Shown: positions 18,984 to 28,620 of the stretch, one piece after another
How positions within the stretch are numbered: the first letter of the stretch is position 1
Layout of the letters: every line of letters begins with the position of its first letter
Assembly (NCBI GenBank): GCA_965261735.1
Contig: OZ253470.1
Location: 3,072,001 to 3,136,000, forward strand
Source: Alphaproteobacteria bacterium
Lineage (GTDB): Bacteria > Pseudomonadota > Alphaproteobacteria > SHVV01
Length of the DNA: 64,000 nucleotides
Direction: 5' to 3'
The notes under the pieces: model-generated
Database searches by the model: none
What the model saw: the letters and a program-made list of their open reading frames with translations, nothing else
Told to the model about the DNA's origin: nothing
Made by a program: the position numbers and the translations under genes

Positions 18984-19922
18984 GAAGCTTCTTCGAGCGT
19001 TACTGTTGCAGGCGTTTTATTCGATCCGCTCGGAGCGTCAGCTGATGGAGCAGCTAAACTTCAACATGCTGTTTTGCTGGTTTGTGGGGCTTGGGCTGGA
19101 CGATGGCGTGTGGGACGCCAGCGCGTTCTGCCACAACCGGGACCGTCTTCTGGAGGCGGAGGTTTCGGGGCAGCTGCTTGCGGGGGTTATCCAGCACCAC
19201 AAGGTAGGGGGACTATTGAGCCGGGATCATTTTTCGGTAGACGGAACATTGATCGAGGCCTGGGCGTCGATGAAGAGCTTTCGTCCCAAAGGTGAGGACG
19301 ATGGCGACGGGGGATCGGGGCGCAACGCCGCGCGGGATTTTCATGGCGAGAAACGCTCGAACGCGACCCATGCAAGCACCACTGATCCGGACGCCCGGCT
19401 TTATCGCAAGGGTAATGGCCGGGAAAGCAAGCTGTGTTACATGGGCCATGCGCTGACGGAGAACCGCCATGGTCTGGCAGTCGGCGGCGGCGTGACCATT
19501 GCGTCGGGCACGGCGGAACGCGAAGCCGCCCTTGATCTGATCGACAGGCATCGCCCGGTGGAGAGTAGAGGCGGGCGGCGTCGGATCACGGTGGGCGGGG
19601 ACAAGGGTTTTGACGTCGCGGATTTTGTCGAGGAACTGCGGCACCGCAAGGTGACCCCCCATATCGCCGTCCAGGACCACGTCACCAAGACCGGCAAGCG
19701 GCGCAAGACCAAGATAGACGGGCGCACGACGCGCCATCCCGGTTACGGCGTCAGCCAACGTTGCCGCAAGCGCATCGAGGAGGTCTTCGGCTGGGTCAAG
19801 ACGAGCGCGGGATTGAGCAAGACCAAATTCCGGGGCCGCCACCGGGTCGACGCTTCGTTCACCCTGGCCTTGGCCGCCTACAACCTCGTCCGACTACCCA
19901 GACTGCTGGCGGAGGCGCCAAC

Positions 19923-20084
19923 ATGACGGGCGATGCCGGCACGCCGCTGACCGCAAAGTGGCAGATCATCGAACTGGACGAAGCCCAGGGCATCGGATCG
20001 GTCGAGATTGAAGACGGTTTCACCCTAAGACACGAAATCTCATTTCATTTCGGCGATGAATCCGAGTTCAAGGCCCGGCAATGA
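19923..20084 (+). pseudogene. Small passenger ORF inside the IS5 element, probably internally deleted
   Basis: MTGDAGTPLTAKWQIIE-LDEAQGIGSVEIEDG...FHFGDESEFKARQ; ATG overlaps the transposase stop; ends just inside the right IR. Confidence 0.5.
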
Positions 20085-20345
20085 TGACTTTTTCAGCAAG
20101 CCTGCTAAGGCAAAACCGGCCCACCGGCGGCACCTCCGGCCAGGTCCGCTCCCCAAGGTGAAGCAGATGAAATCGGGGCAAAGCGGACGTGCGGCTTGGG
20201 GGTCGGCTTCGAGCTTCACATGGGGGAGCAGACCATCCCGCCGATCCAGCCGTTCGCCCGCTCGTGACTCCTAGCGGACATTGAGGTCGAAACGCGCTGA
20301 CTGGGTGAAACTCGCTGATCCCGCTCGACCTCAACAGTCGATCGC

Positions 20346-20909
20346 CTAATTTTTTACTTCGGCGGGCATCTCAAGTGCAATCGGTTTGGTGGCCGACACC
20401 TCTTCGCGGGTCAGGCCTTCAAGTTCGTGCGGAAAGACCAGCCAATCGTCGGTTGCGTGGATGTAGTAGTCGGGGACGAGATCGACCTTTCCCTTATTCG
20501 GCTTGTAGTAGACCGTGGCGACGCGAATGATCTCCGGCGCGTTGCGCCGCGAAAGCCCGCTGATGCGCTCCAGGACCGCCAATATGGAGCGGCCAGTATC
20601 GAACACGTCATCGACGATCAAGACGGAATTCTCGGCATTTACGTTCTCGACGATGTAGTGAAGGCCGTGGACTCGAATCTCGTCATTCTGCTGTTCGATG
20701 CCCGAGTACGACGAGGTGCGGATGGCGATATGATCCGATGGGTGCCCGTGGTAATTCAGCAGTTCCTGCACAGCAATACCAACCGGCGTGCCACCCCGCC
20801 AGATGCCGATGATGTAGTCGGGATAAAAGCCGTCCTCAATGATTTTCAGACCGAGGCGGAATGAGTCATCCAAAAGGCCCTGCGGCGTCACGAATGTCTT
20901 GTCGGCCAT
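20346..20909 (-). CDS. Purine phosphoribosyltransferase (hypoxanthine/xanthine PRT-like)
   Basis: IGIWRGG, VLIVDDVFDTGRS PRPP-binding motif, WLVFPHE. Confidence 0.88.
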   Translation of the reverse strand: MADKTFVTPQGLLDDSFRLGLKIIEDGFYPDYIIGIWRGGTPVGIAVQELLNYHGHPSDHIAIRTSSYSGIEQQNDEIRVHGLHYIVENVNAENSVLIVDDVFDTGRSILAVLERISGLSRRNAPEIIRVATVYYKPNKGKVDLVPDYYIHATDDWLVFPHELEGLTREEVSATKPIALEMPAEVKN

Positions 20910-21201
20910 CCCGTCCCTCCCGATAAGCCGGATCATGCGGCAGACGTTTAGCCTAAACCGCCTAACTATGCGATGCCGCGGAGGTCCCTCGGGCGCTGGT
21001 TCCGCCCGCGTGCCGAGGTTGTAAAGTGAGTTTCGAGACCAGCACGCGTGGGCGCGCGCGCCATAGGGTATTAGTCGAACCGTGATGCCAAGCGAACGGG
21101 CCACTGTGCCCGACGGCCGGTCAACTGTGACGGGTCACAAGACAGACGGAGAGCTGGGCAACAAATGCGGGTTCATCGTGTTGCACCAAGGTTCACGGTT
21201 A

Positions 21202-21230
21202 CGCTGGTTCGAGTCCAGCATCGCCCACCA
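21202..21230 (+). other. Orphan tRNA 3' fragment (T-arm, acceptor strand, CCA), tRNA-Val-like, att-site remnant
   Basis: GCTGG-TTCGAGT-CCAGC-ATCGCCC-ACCA; no D-arm or anticodon arm upstream. Confidence 0.7.
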
Positions 21231-21239
21231 TCCCTCTGG

Positions 21240-21612
21240 CACGCGACATCCGGGTCGAAGCGGTCGCCGAGCAACCGGCCGAAGACGGTCGACGGCGCGT
21301 CGCGCTGTCCGGTGAACCCGGCGCCAACCAGTTCGTCGACCAGGAACGCCTGGCGCGCGCTGACGCCGGCATAGGCGAGCGCGCCGGTGGCGCCCTCTAC
21401 GCCGGCGTCGGCGCTGGCCGCGATGGCGAGTGTCGCCGCAATATTGACGGCGTCGCGCGACTACCGCGGCATGTAGCCCGCGAGCTTCCAGAGGGCGACC
21501 GCCGCCCCACCGTTCCCCACGTGCCGTGGGGGTGGCCGCCGGCGCGCATGCGCATGGCGCTGCCGAGCCGAGCCGCCGCCTCGTAGCCGAGAATGACGGC
21601 GAGCAGCGCGTC
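21240..21612 (-). pseudogene. MmgE/PrpD family internal fragment
   Basis: AVILGYEAAARLG...HPHGTWGTVG/AAVA..., frameshift in a G-run, in-frame TAG, continues VEGAT...AGFTG; both ends missing. Confidence 0.72.
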
Positions 21613-22162
21613 GCAGTGCCGGCGCGATGACGTCACGCCAGCCGCTGATCGCGGCCTTGCCCGCTTGGTTGCTCCCAAGTGTCCAGAACAGCACCGCCGC
21701 CGCTGGTCGGTCCGGATGGCCGCGGTCACACAGCCGGTGCAGAACGTCATAGGATTCGAGCCCGAGGGCGGACGGTAGATCATCCCGACGGATGCTGCCT
21801 TTCGGACCAGGCCGAGCTGGATAGAACGGTCGCGTGAGAGAGATCTCGGTCTTGGTTGCAGCAGGATCGTAAAAGCAACTCCAGCGGCCCCTGCCAAATC
21901 TCTTTAGGCCAACTCGGAAATCGTAAATACCAGCCTTGGCGGCATAGGCCTGGGGCAAACCGATAGGGAAGTCCACGCCAAGAAACGCAGTACCGTTAGG
22001 CCCGGCTTCGGCGAGAAGCGCCGGGAATAGATCACTGAGTGTACCGACCGGACGCACCGCCGACGCCGTGTAGCGCTCACCCACTCGTCTGGCGATTGCG
22101 ATCTGGCGGCCTGATGGGTTCGCGCTCCAGTCGGCATGGGCGACGATTTCAGTCAAGCGCAT
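21613..22162 (-). pseudogene. DUF429-like protein, C-terminally truncated
   Basis: HADWS, LGVDFPIGLP, LFWTLGSNQAGKAAISGWRD; then runs into the MmgE/PrpD fragment. Confidence 0.6.
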
Positions 22163-22662
22163 GCATCAATCTCCAAAGAATGCCGCCGGCATGGCGACTC
22201 GGAAGCCGCGTCGGCCCTGGACTTTGCTCGCCTTCTTGCAATTTGGCGCGAAGGTTCGGCCCCGAACACCGCACGAAGACTTCTCCCTAGTTCCTTTGTG
22301 GAGATTCAGATTTCGATTCCGGACGAGGCTGCTGCCGCATCGTAGACGCGGCCCACGAAGCCGCAAGCGACGCGCAGGGGTTGTGGTTGCGCGGAACATA
22401 CCTTGGCGCTGGTGCCGTGAAGGCAACGGCAAGGTACTTGAATGCAAGTGAACGCTACGAATAACGTGATGACCGTACCGCATGAACCACAGTCGAACGC
22501 AGGACTTCCATTATGGCAAGCTTGCTTGCCGGCACCGACAGGCTGATTTGTTCAGCGTTGGGAATCCAACGCCGGGAACAGTTGAACCGGGATTCCCCAT
22601 ATGGAACCCTCCCAGCCCGTTGAGTGTGATTCGAAACCGCTCGACGTGCAATTCGCCTTCGA

Positions 22663-23013
22663 ATGCCCGACAACAGCCTCGCGGTCGACGCCGACTTCGT
22701 CGCGGCGGTGCTGATGGCGGGCGCCGATGAGGAGACGATCGACCAGACCCTCGCCGAGCTGGTACCGCAACCCTTCGGTTACTACACCCACCGCGTCGAT
22801 ACCCAGCCCTTCGCCCGCATGACCTGCCCGAGATACGTGCTGCTTGCGGCCGACGACGCGTCGCTGCCGCGCGCGGCTTGGCTCGCCATGGCGGGGAGTC
22901 TGGGCCAACACAAGGTGTTCGAGATTCCGGGTGGCCACGAGGTGCTGTACACCGATCCCGATTCGCTGGCGCGCGCCCTGGCCGCGATCGCGCACGACCT
23001 CGACGCGCGGTAG
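22663..23013 (+). pseudogene. Alpha/beta hydrolase C-terminal fragment
   Basis: LVPQPF...DDASLP...EIPGGHE acid/His end of the fold; nucleophile GxSxG half absent. Confidence 0.6.
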
Positions 23014-23209
23014 CGGCTGGGGCGTTCGCGGGTGCCTACAGCAGCTTGAGCGTAGCGACCTCGAGTCCCACGACGGCGATCATGGTGAGGAGGGTGCGTG
23101 ACCTTAGCCAAGAGCTTCGGTGATCGCTGACGCATCGAGTCTGCCGAACTGCACAAACTGAATAGCAACACCACGGCGTAATCGTCGCTACCGTCAGGCG
23201 CGACGAGCC

Positions 23210-23400
23210 TCACTGCCGCGATCTGCGCCACCCCGCCGCCCGGGCTTCGGCTTCGGAGCAGAACCAGCGCTCGCCTTTTGAGGTGCTGATCCTGGTGCGG
23301 TCGTAGTAGCGCCCGCCGGGCACATGGTAGATGCGCACGCCGTCGCTGGAAATGTTCCCCTTGATGCGGCATCCGCCGCCGCGGTTCGCGGCGCGGGGGA
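23210..23400 (-). pseudogene. C-terminal domain remnant of a thermonuclease/ExoI-like protein
   Basis: CRIKGNIS..G.RIYHVPG..YYDRTRIS.SKGERWFCSEAEARAAGWR; nuclease domain missing. Confidence 0.75.
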
Positions 23401-24696
23401 TGGCGTGGCACGCCCCGATCTGAGCGGCTAGGGTCGAGTCAAGAATCGGCAAATTCAAACTTACCCACTACCGGCGCTCGTGTCCGGGTGCGTTACCCTG
23501 ATACATTTCTGATGGTATGGACGCCCCCTACGGCTTCACGATGAGCCATACTGGAGTGTGTTGAACAACCCAGACAGAGGGAGCGTCCACGATGGATATT
23601 ACGACAATTGGGTTTGATCTGGCAAAGACGGTGTTCCAGGTTCACGGTGCTGATGGTGAGGGACGACCGGTACTACGGCGGAAGCTGCGCCGCGGGAAGG
23701 TGCTGGCGTTCTTCGCCGGATTGCCATCCTGTCTTGTCGGTATGGAAGCCTGTGCCTCTGCGCACTATTGGGCTCGGGAACTGCAAGCACACGGGCACAA
23801 AGTTCAGCTGATTCCGCCTCAATACGTTCGTCCCTTCGTCAAAACGAATAAGAACGACGCAGCGGATGCGGAAGCGATCTGTGAGGCAGTGACGCGTCCG
23901 ACGATGCGCTTTGCACCGGCGAAAAGCGCCGAGCAGCAGTCGGTTCTGATGCTGCACCGGGCCCGAGAGCTGTTGGTCCGTCAACGCACGATGGTGATCA
24001 ATGCGCTGCGCGGCCACTGTGCGGAGTTCGGACTGATCGTCGCTCAGGGGGCGTCGAAGGTGGAGGAACTGGTTGCCATTATCGAAGATCCCGGCGATGT
24101 GCGACTGCCGCCTCTGGCACGCGAGGCGCTTGGCTCTCTGGTTGAGCAGCTCCGTTCTGCTCAGGCCCGGATCAAGCAGCTGGAAGTGACGCTTTTGGCA
24201 TGGCACCGCTCCAACGAGGCGAGCCGCCGTCTTGCGACGATCCCCGGCGTCGGTGTCATCACCGCGACGGCGCTGGTCGCGACGATCGGCGATGGCGCAC
24301 AGTTCCGCTCGGGCCGACAGCTTTCGGCCTGGCTCGGTCTGGTGCCCCGGCAGCACTCGAGTGGCGGCAAGGATAGACTGGGACGGATATCGAAGCGCGG
24401 GGATGGCTATATCAGGCGCTTGCTCGTGCATGGTGCGCGAACCGTGCTGCGCTGGCGCCGCGCCAAGCCGGGCACGGGGCCTGGCTGGACCGACCGGCTC
24501 CTGGCGCGGCGGCCGACAAACGTGGTGCTGGTCGCCATGGCCAATAAGACAGCCCGTGTCGCCTGGGCACTGCTTGTTGGTAGCGACCGTAAATTTCCCA
24601 TTTGTAACGACCCAAAATTTCTCACTTTGGGCTTGTCGCTGAAGGCGTCCCGGGCCGCTCTGTTGGCTTTGCCAACAGAGCGGGATCGGTGCGCGG

Positions 24697-25719
24697 ATGT
24701 ACAAATGGGAGACCAGGATGTTGTTGAAGCACTATCTGGACCGGGGTGTCTCGAAGGCGGAGCTGTCGAGGCGGTTCGGGGTGAACCGTCGGACGATCCA
24801 CAATTGGGTCGATACCGGCCAACTGGACCGGGATCTGGCGGCCGGTGCGCGAGGGTATTCGCCCCGTCCGCCGGTGGCCCACAAGCTGGACCCCTACAAG
24901 GCGATCATCGACGCCCGTCTTGAGGCGTTCCCGAAGCTGTCGGCGAAGCGGCTTTTCGATGAGGTCCGCGCTGCGGACTACCCGGGCTGCTACTCTCGCG
25001 TGAACGACTACGTGCGGGCGACGCGACCGCGCGAACCGGTTGAATCGCTGGTCCGGTTCGAGACGCCGGCGGGGCGTCAGGGCCAGGTGGACTTCGGTAC
25101 GTTCACGCTGCCCTGGGGCCGGCGCCATGCCCTGGTGATCGTCCTCGGCTTCACCCGGCTGCTGTGGCTGCACTTCTATACTCGGCAGACCATGCCGGTC
25201 CTGATGGAAGGTCTGGAGAGCGCCTTCGACCGGTTCGGCGGGGTTCCGGAGGAGCTGCTGTTCGACCAGATGCGCGCCGTGGTGCTGTCCGACGACCGCG
25301 GGGCCGGCGGCGGCCTGGTGCTGAACGAGGAGTTTCTGCGGTTCGCCGCGCACTGGGGGTTCATGCCGCGCTCGTGCCGACCCTATCGGGCCCAGACCAA
25401 GGGCAAAGTGGAGCGCCCGATCCGCTACATCCGCGAGAGCTTCTTCTACGGCCGCTCGTTTGCGAATGACAACGATCTCAACGAGCAGGCCGTGCGCTGG
25501 CTGGAGGGCACAGCCAACGTCCGCCGGCATGCCACGACCGGGGAGCGTCCTGTCGACCGCTTCGAGCGCGACGAGCGAGCGGTGCTTCTCCCCTTGGCGA
25601 ACCATCCCTATCGACGTCTCGGCGTCCGGCATGCTCCGGAGCCCGCGCCGCGGCGACTGCCGGCAACCGTGAAGGTCGAGCAGCGACCGCTTAGTGTCTA
25701 TGCGGAGGCGCTGCAATGA
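24697..25719 (+). CDS. istA: IS21 transposase IstA
   Basis: N-terminal HTH, RFETPAGRQGQVDFG, LLFDQM, TKGKVER. Confidence 0.95.
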   Translation: MYKWETRMLLKHYLDRGVSKAELSRRFGVNRRTIHNWVDTGQLDRDLAAGARGYSPRPPVAHKLDPYKAIIDARLEAFPKLSAKRLFDEVRAADYPGCYSRVNDYVRATRPREPVESLVRFETPAGRQGQVDFGTFTLPWGRRHALVIVLGFTRLLWLHFYTRQTMPVLMEGLESAFDRFGGVPEELLFDQMRAVVLSDDRGAGGGLVLNEEFLRFAAHWGFMPRSCRPYRAQTKGKVERPIRYIRESFFYGRSFANDNDLNEQAVRWLEGTANVRRHATTGERPVDRFERDERAVLLPLANHPYRRLGVRHAPEPAPRRLPATVKVEQRPLSVYAEALQ

Positions 25720-26513
25720 ACGCTCCGGCGCCGGCCCGGCGCGACCGGCTGCGGGCAATGCTGGCGGACCTCAAGATGCCGGGCGCGCTGGAGGCCGTCG
25801 ACGGCATCCTCTCGGACGCCGACGGCGGCACGATCTCGGCGGCCGAGGCCATCGAGCAGTTGCTGAACGCCCAGATCGTGCTGCGCAACAACCGCCGTCT
25901 CCAGACCGCCATGCGCTCTTCGCGGCTGCCGGCTGTGAAGACGCTCGATCAGTTCGACTTCGCCTTCCAGCCCAGCATCAAGCGCGAGCAGATCGAGAGC
26001 TTGCACGAGCTCGGCTTCCTGGACCGCGGCGAGAACGTGATCCTGCTCGGCCCACCAGGCGTCGGGAAAACGCACTTGGCGATCAGCCTCGCGATCGCGG
26101 CGGCCGAGGCCGGCCGGCGCGTCTACTACGGCACGCTCGCGGCGCTGATCGAGTCCCTCACCGAGGCCAAGGCCGCCGGCAATCTGACCCGGCGGCTGCG
26201 CGTGCTCACCCATCCGGCCCTGCTGGTGGTCGACGAGATCGGCTACCTGCCGGTCAACCAGGACGGCGCCGTGCTCTTCTTCCAGCTCATCAACGCCCGG
26301 CACGAGAGGGCGTCGACTGTGCTGACGTCGAACAAGGGTTTCGAGGACTGGGGTGGCGTGCTCGGCGACGAGGTCATGGCGGCGGCTCTCATCGACCGCC
26401 TTGTGCACCACTGCCACATCGTCAACATCCGGGGCAACAGCTACCGGATGAAGGAGCATCAGAACCTGCTGCAGTCCGGCTCGGATCGACGCAGGAAAAG
26501 AGCCGCCGCGTGA
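25716..26513 (+). CDS. istB: IS21 helper ATPase IstB
   Basis: GPPGVGKT Walker A, LLVVDEIGY, TSNK, DRLVHH, GNSYR; ATGA overlap with istA. Confidence 0.96.
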   Translation: MNAPAPARRDRLRAMLADLKMPGALEAVDGILSDADGGTISAAEAIEQLLNAQIVLRNNRRLQTAMRSSRLPAVKTLDQFDFAFQPSIKREQIESLHELGFLDRGENVILLGPPGVGKTHLAISLAIAAAEAGRRVYYGTLAALIESLTEAKAAGNLTRRLRVLTHPALLVVDEIGYLPVNQDGAVLFFQLINARHERASTVLTSNKGFEDWGGVLGDEVMAAALIDRLVHHCHIVNIRGNSYRMKEHQNLLQSGSDRRRKRAAA

Positions 26514-26954
26514 TCGCCGGCTCAAACGGAGACAGGAGCGGTGACACCCGCCCGCTGTGGATAACCGGGTTGTCGCCGCCAGACTCTTGGCGGTCGCTGC
26601 GCCAACCCGGTTACCTACAGCTCGACCAAGTCCGACACCCCAAACACCGCCCGCTGGGGGTACGACCGAACGCTCAAAGTGAGAAATTTTCGATCGACAA
26701 AAGTGGGAAATTTTCAGTCGCAATTGACACCGCTCAGGTACGAGCGTATCTACCGACCGACGCCGGCATAGCCAGCTGGCAAACCGGGATCAAATTGCGA
26801 GGGTGACGACGATTTGATGGCGAAACAGGGTTCCACCCGAGATCGGCCAAACCCGAGGCATTGTCCGAGCATCAAGCTCGTTAGTCTGACTGGGCGTCGA
26901 TCTTTCGGATTCCATCAGGGCCAGCGGTCAGCGTACCGCAGCGAAAAGGCCGGA

Positions 26955-27620
26955 TACGCCAAAGGGCACCACCACTCACGCCCTCGTAGCTGCGAGGCGA
27001 AACAGAGCCCGGGCCATAGGTCACTTCAAAATCGAACAAGTCGAAACCGTTGGACTCACGGACCCCGACGACCAAACCAACACCAAACAATGCGCGGAAG
27101 GCTTTCACGCGAACCGGCGGTTGTTCTTCCGGGGGAAGGTCCGTCGTCCATTCGGCTACCATCCCTGAAACACCGTCAAAGCACTGTGAATCAGGTTGGT
27201 CCCCAGCAAGAACCGCCTTTCGTCTCATCCCAAGATTAAAAAAGACGTTGCGTGCTGTGAGAGCGCTCGCATCCCATGGCGACAGTCGCAGAAAGCCTAT
27301 GTCCGGCCCTTCAGGGCCAAAGTTGTCCGCTGCGACGATCACTTTTTCTGCCTGCGCCATGTCGATCATCGTCCTCTGAGCGACGACCGACTGCACCCTC
27401 GGAAATCGTACTAGGCCGACCTCGCCCTGGTCAGGCAGGTTTTTCAAGACGTGCGCTGCCGTAAGAATACCGTGGACTGATCCTACGGCTACCAATGTGC
27501 CGGAGCCTGCTGGATTTCCTCCGCGCCGCCGGAAGTTCTGACTATCGCGAAGCCAACGGTGAAGTCAGCGATGTCCGCGCACACCTCTTCGAGGACCGGA
27601 TCAATCTTGTTGTTTTCCAT
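26955..27620 (-). pseudogene. Trypsin-like serine protease, frameshifted and truncated
   Basis: MENNKIDPV... frameshift near 27515 into GSGTLV...ILTAAHV...PDIGF...GVSGGALW (H/D/S triad); ends in the IS110 non-coding region. Confidence 0.65.
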
Positions 27621-27680
27621 TCTAATAAATAACCTCGTCGGGCTACGTGTTGGCAGGCTCGAGCCGGCTGCGCTACGCCG

Positions 27681-28265
27681 CTAACCGACGATGCGGGCGA
27701 GAAGCGAAAAGCCGTCGGTCCATCCACCCACGACCCCCAAGACGCCGAGCGCGGTCGGTAGGGCAATATCAAGGACGGGGTGCAGCACCGCCGGCGAGAA
27801 AAGTACGCGCTGGCTCGCGCGGAGCCATGCTGCGGCAAAGAAGGATGTGCTCACCAAGTCCCGCCAGCTGACCTTAGGGGGAGCCCGGCGGACGATATTT
27901 CGGAAGCGGTACACCTCGGGGATTACAAAGCCCTGATACCTCCACCTCATATACCGCTCCGCGATCTGTGGCCATCTGAACTCCGTCGCCAAAGTTTCAA
28001 AGATTGTCTTTGATACCTTCTTGCGCTTCCATTGGATGTAATTCTCGAACGCGTTGAAAACGAACGAGACCAGTAGATACGTGCTGACCAAGGTCAGCAC
28101 TCCGGCGGCAAGGTTTTCACCGCCAGCCGCCAAGTCAATGCCGACTCCGGGAATCGTTCTTGGGGTTAGCTCGGGCACTCGCTGAAACAGAATCGCCAGA
28201 GAAGCAACAACGACAAGATTCCGTCGCGTCCTCCGCGTGTGCGGCGTGAAGGGGTCGTCAGCCAC
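27681..28265 (-). CDS. Hypothetical membrane protein
   Basis: Three hydrophobic segments; lower GC than core genes; start GTG 28265 assumed. Confidence 0.55.
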   Translation of the reverse strand: MADDPFTPHTRRTRRNLVVVASLAILFQRVPELTPRTIPGVGIDLAAGGENLAAGVLTLVSTYLLVSFVFNAFENYIQWKRKKVSKTIFETLATEFRWPQIAERYMRWRYQGFVIPEVYRFRNIVRRAPPKVSWRDLVSTSFFAAAWLRASQRVLFSPAVLHPVLDIALPTALGVLGVVGGWTDGFSLLARIVG

Positions 28266-28620
28266 CGGGCTTCCTGCTCCGGTCGAGGTCCGCGTCGACG
28301 GCCGCAAACGCAAGGCCGCTACCTATCATGAGAGCCGGGAGCCCCCGACCGAACACTACGTAACCGTACAACACAAGCAGCCCCGGAGGGTGTCGTGCGC
28401 GCTGGTCGTAGCTGGCGCCGTCGTCACGGGAGCGGCATCGTGTGGAGGTCGGAACCTGCGAAGCGCATGCTGGTATCCCGTATTCAGAAGTCGAGGGAAC
28501 GATACAATCGCTGTAGGGCGCTCGATCGCGTGCGTCAAGCCGAGTCCATGGAGCTCGTCAGCCTCCCGCTCGAGATCGAGTGCACCATGGCGACGGAATT
28601 GACCATAGACCGCCGACACC

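Larger units (their letters stand above)
17692..19926 (+). pseudogene. IS5-family DDE transposase split by IS1595
   Basis: MRGRDQSSGNLFSYV...GRPSIPPEKL joins LRALLLQAFYSIRSERQL...FSVDGT...GGDKGFD...RKRIEEVFGW once the inserted IS is removed. Confidence 0.9.
17618..20104 (+). mobile_element. IS5-family insertion sequence, interrupted by IS1595
   Basis: Terminal IRs CAGGCTGCTGAAAAAGTC (17618) and GACTTTTTCAGCAAGCCTG (ends 20104); flanks CTAG and CTAA. Confidence 0.88.
24575..26729 (+). mobile_element. IS21-family insertion sequence
   Basis: TG...CA ends with repeated AAATTTC(C/T)CA(T/C)TT boxes inverted at both ends; flanks CTGCT / CCGCT (5-bp duplication, one mismatch). Confidence 0.92.
23592..26771 (+). 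pseudogene. IS110-family transposase interrupted near its C-terminus
   Basis: GFDLAK, GMEAC, KNDAADA (DEDD) and QHSSGG; AWALL continues as RYERIYRPTPA* at 26735-26771 after the IS21. Confidence 0.92.
23510..26957 (+). mobile_element. IS110-family (IS1111-type) element, interrupted by IS21 and truncated at the right end
   Basis: Sub-terminal TATGGACGCCCCC near 23516, short left end, long non-coding region after the transposase; matching right IR not found. Confidence 0.75.

Noticed and set aside
20170-20335. Hammerhead-like CTGA/GAAA words inside a 10-bp inverted repeat, and two GCGGAC words
   Set aside because: No CUGANGA core; more likely a terminator and degenerate REP-like remnants that cannot be established from one window
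23030-23200. Possible DUF1640/CCDC90-like remnant on the minus strand
   Set aside because: Only a few residues of resemblance across stops and frameshifts
24575-24923. C-terminal extension of the 443-aa IS110 ORF
   Set aside because: Read-through into IS21 sequence, not a real domain
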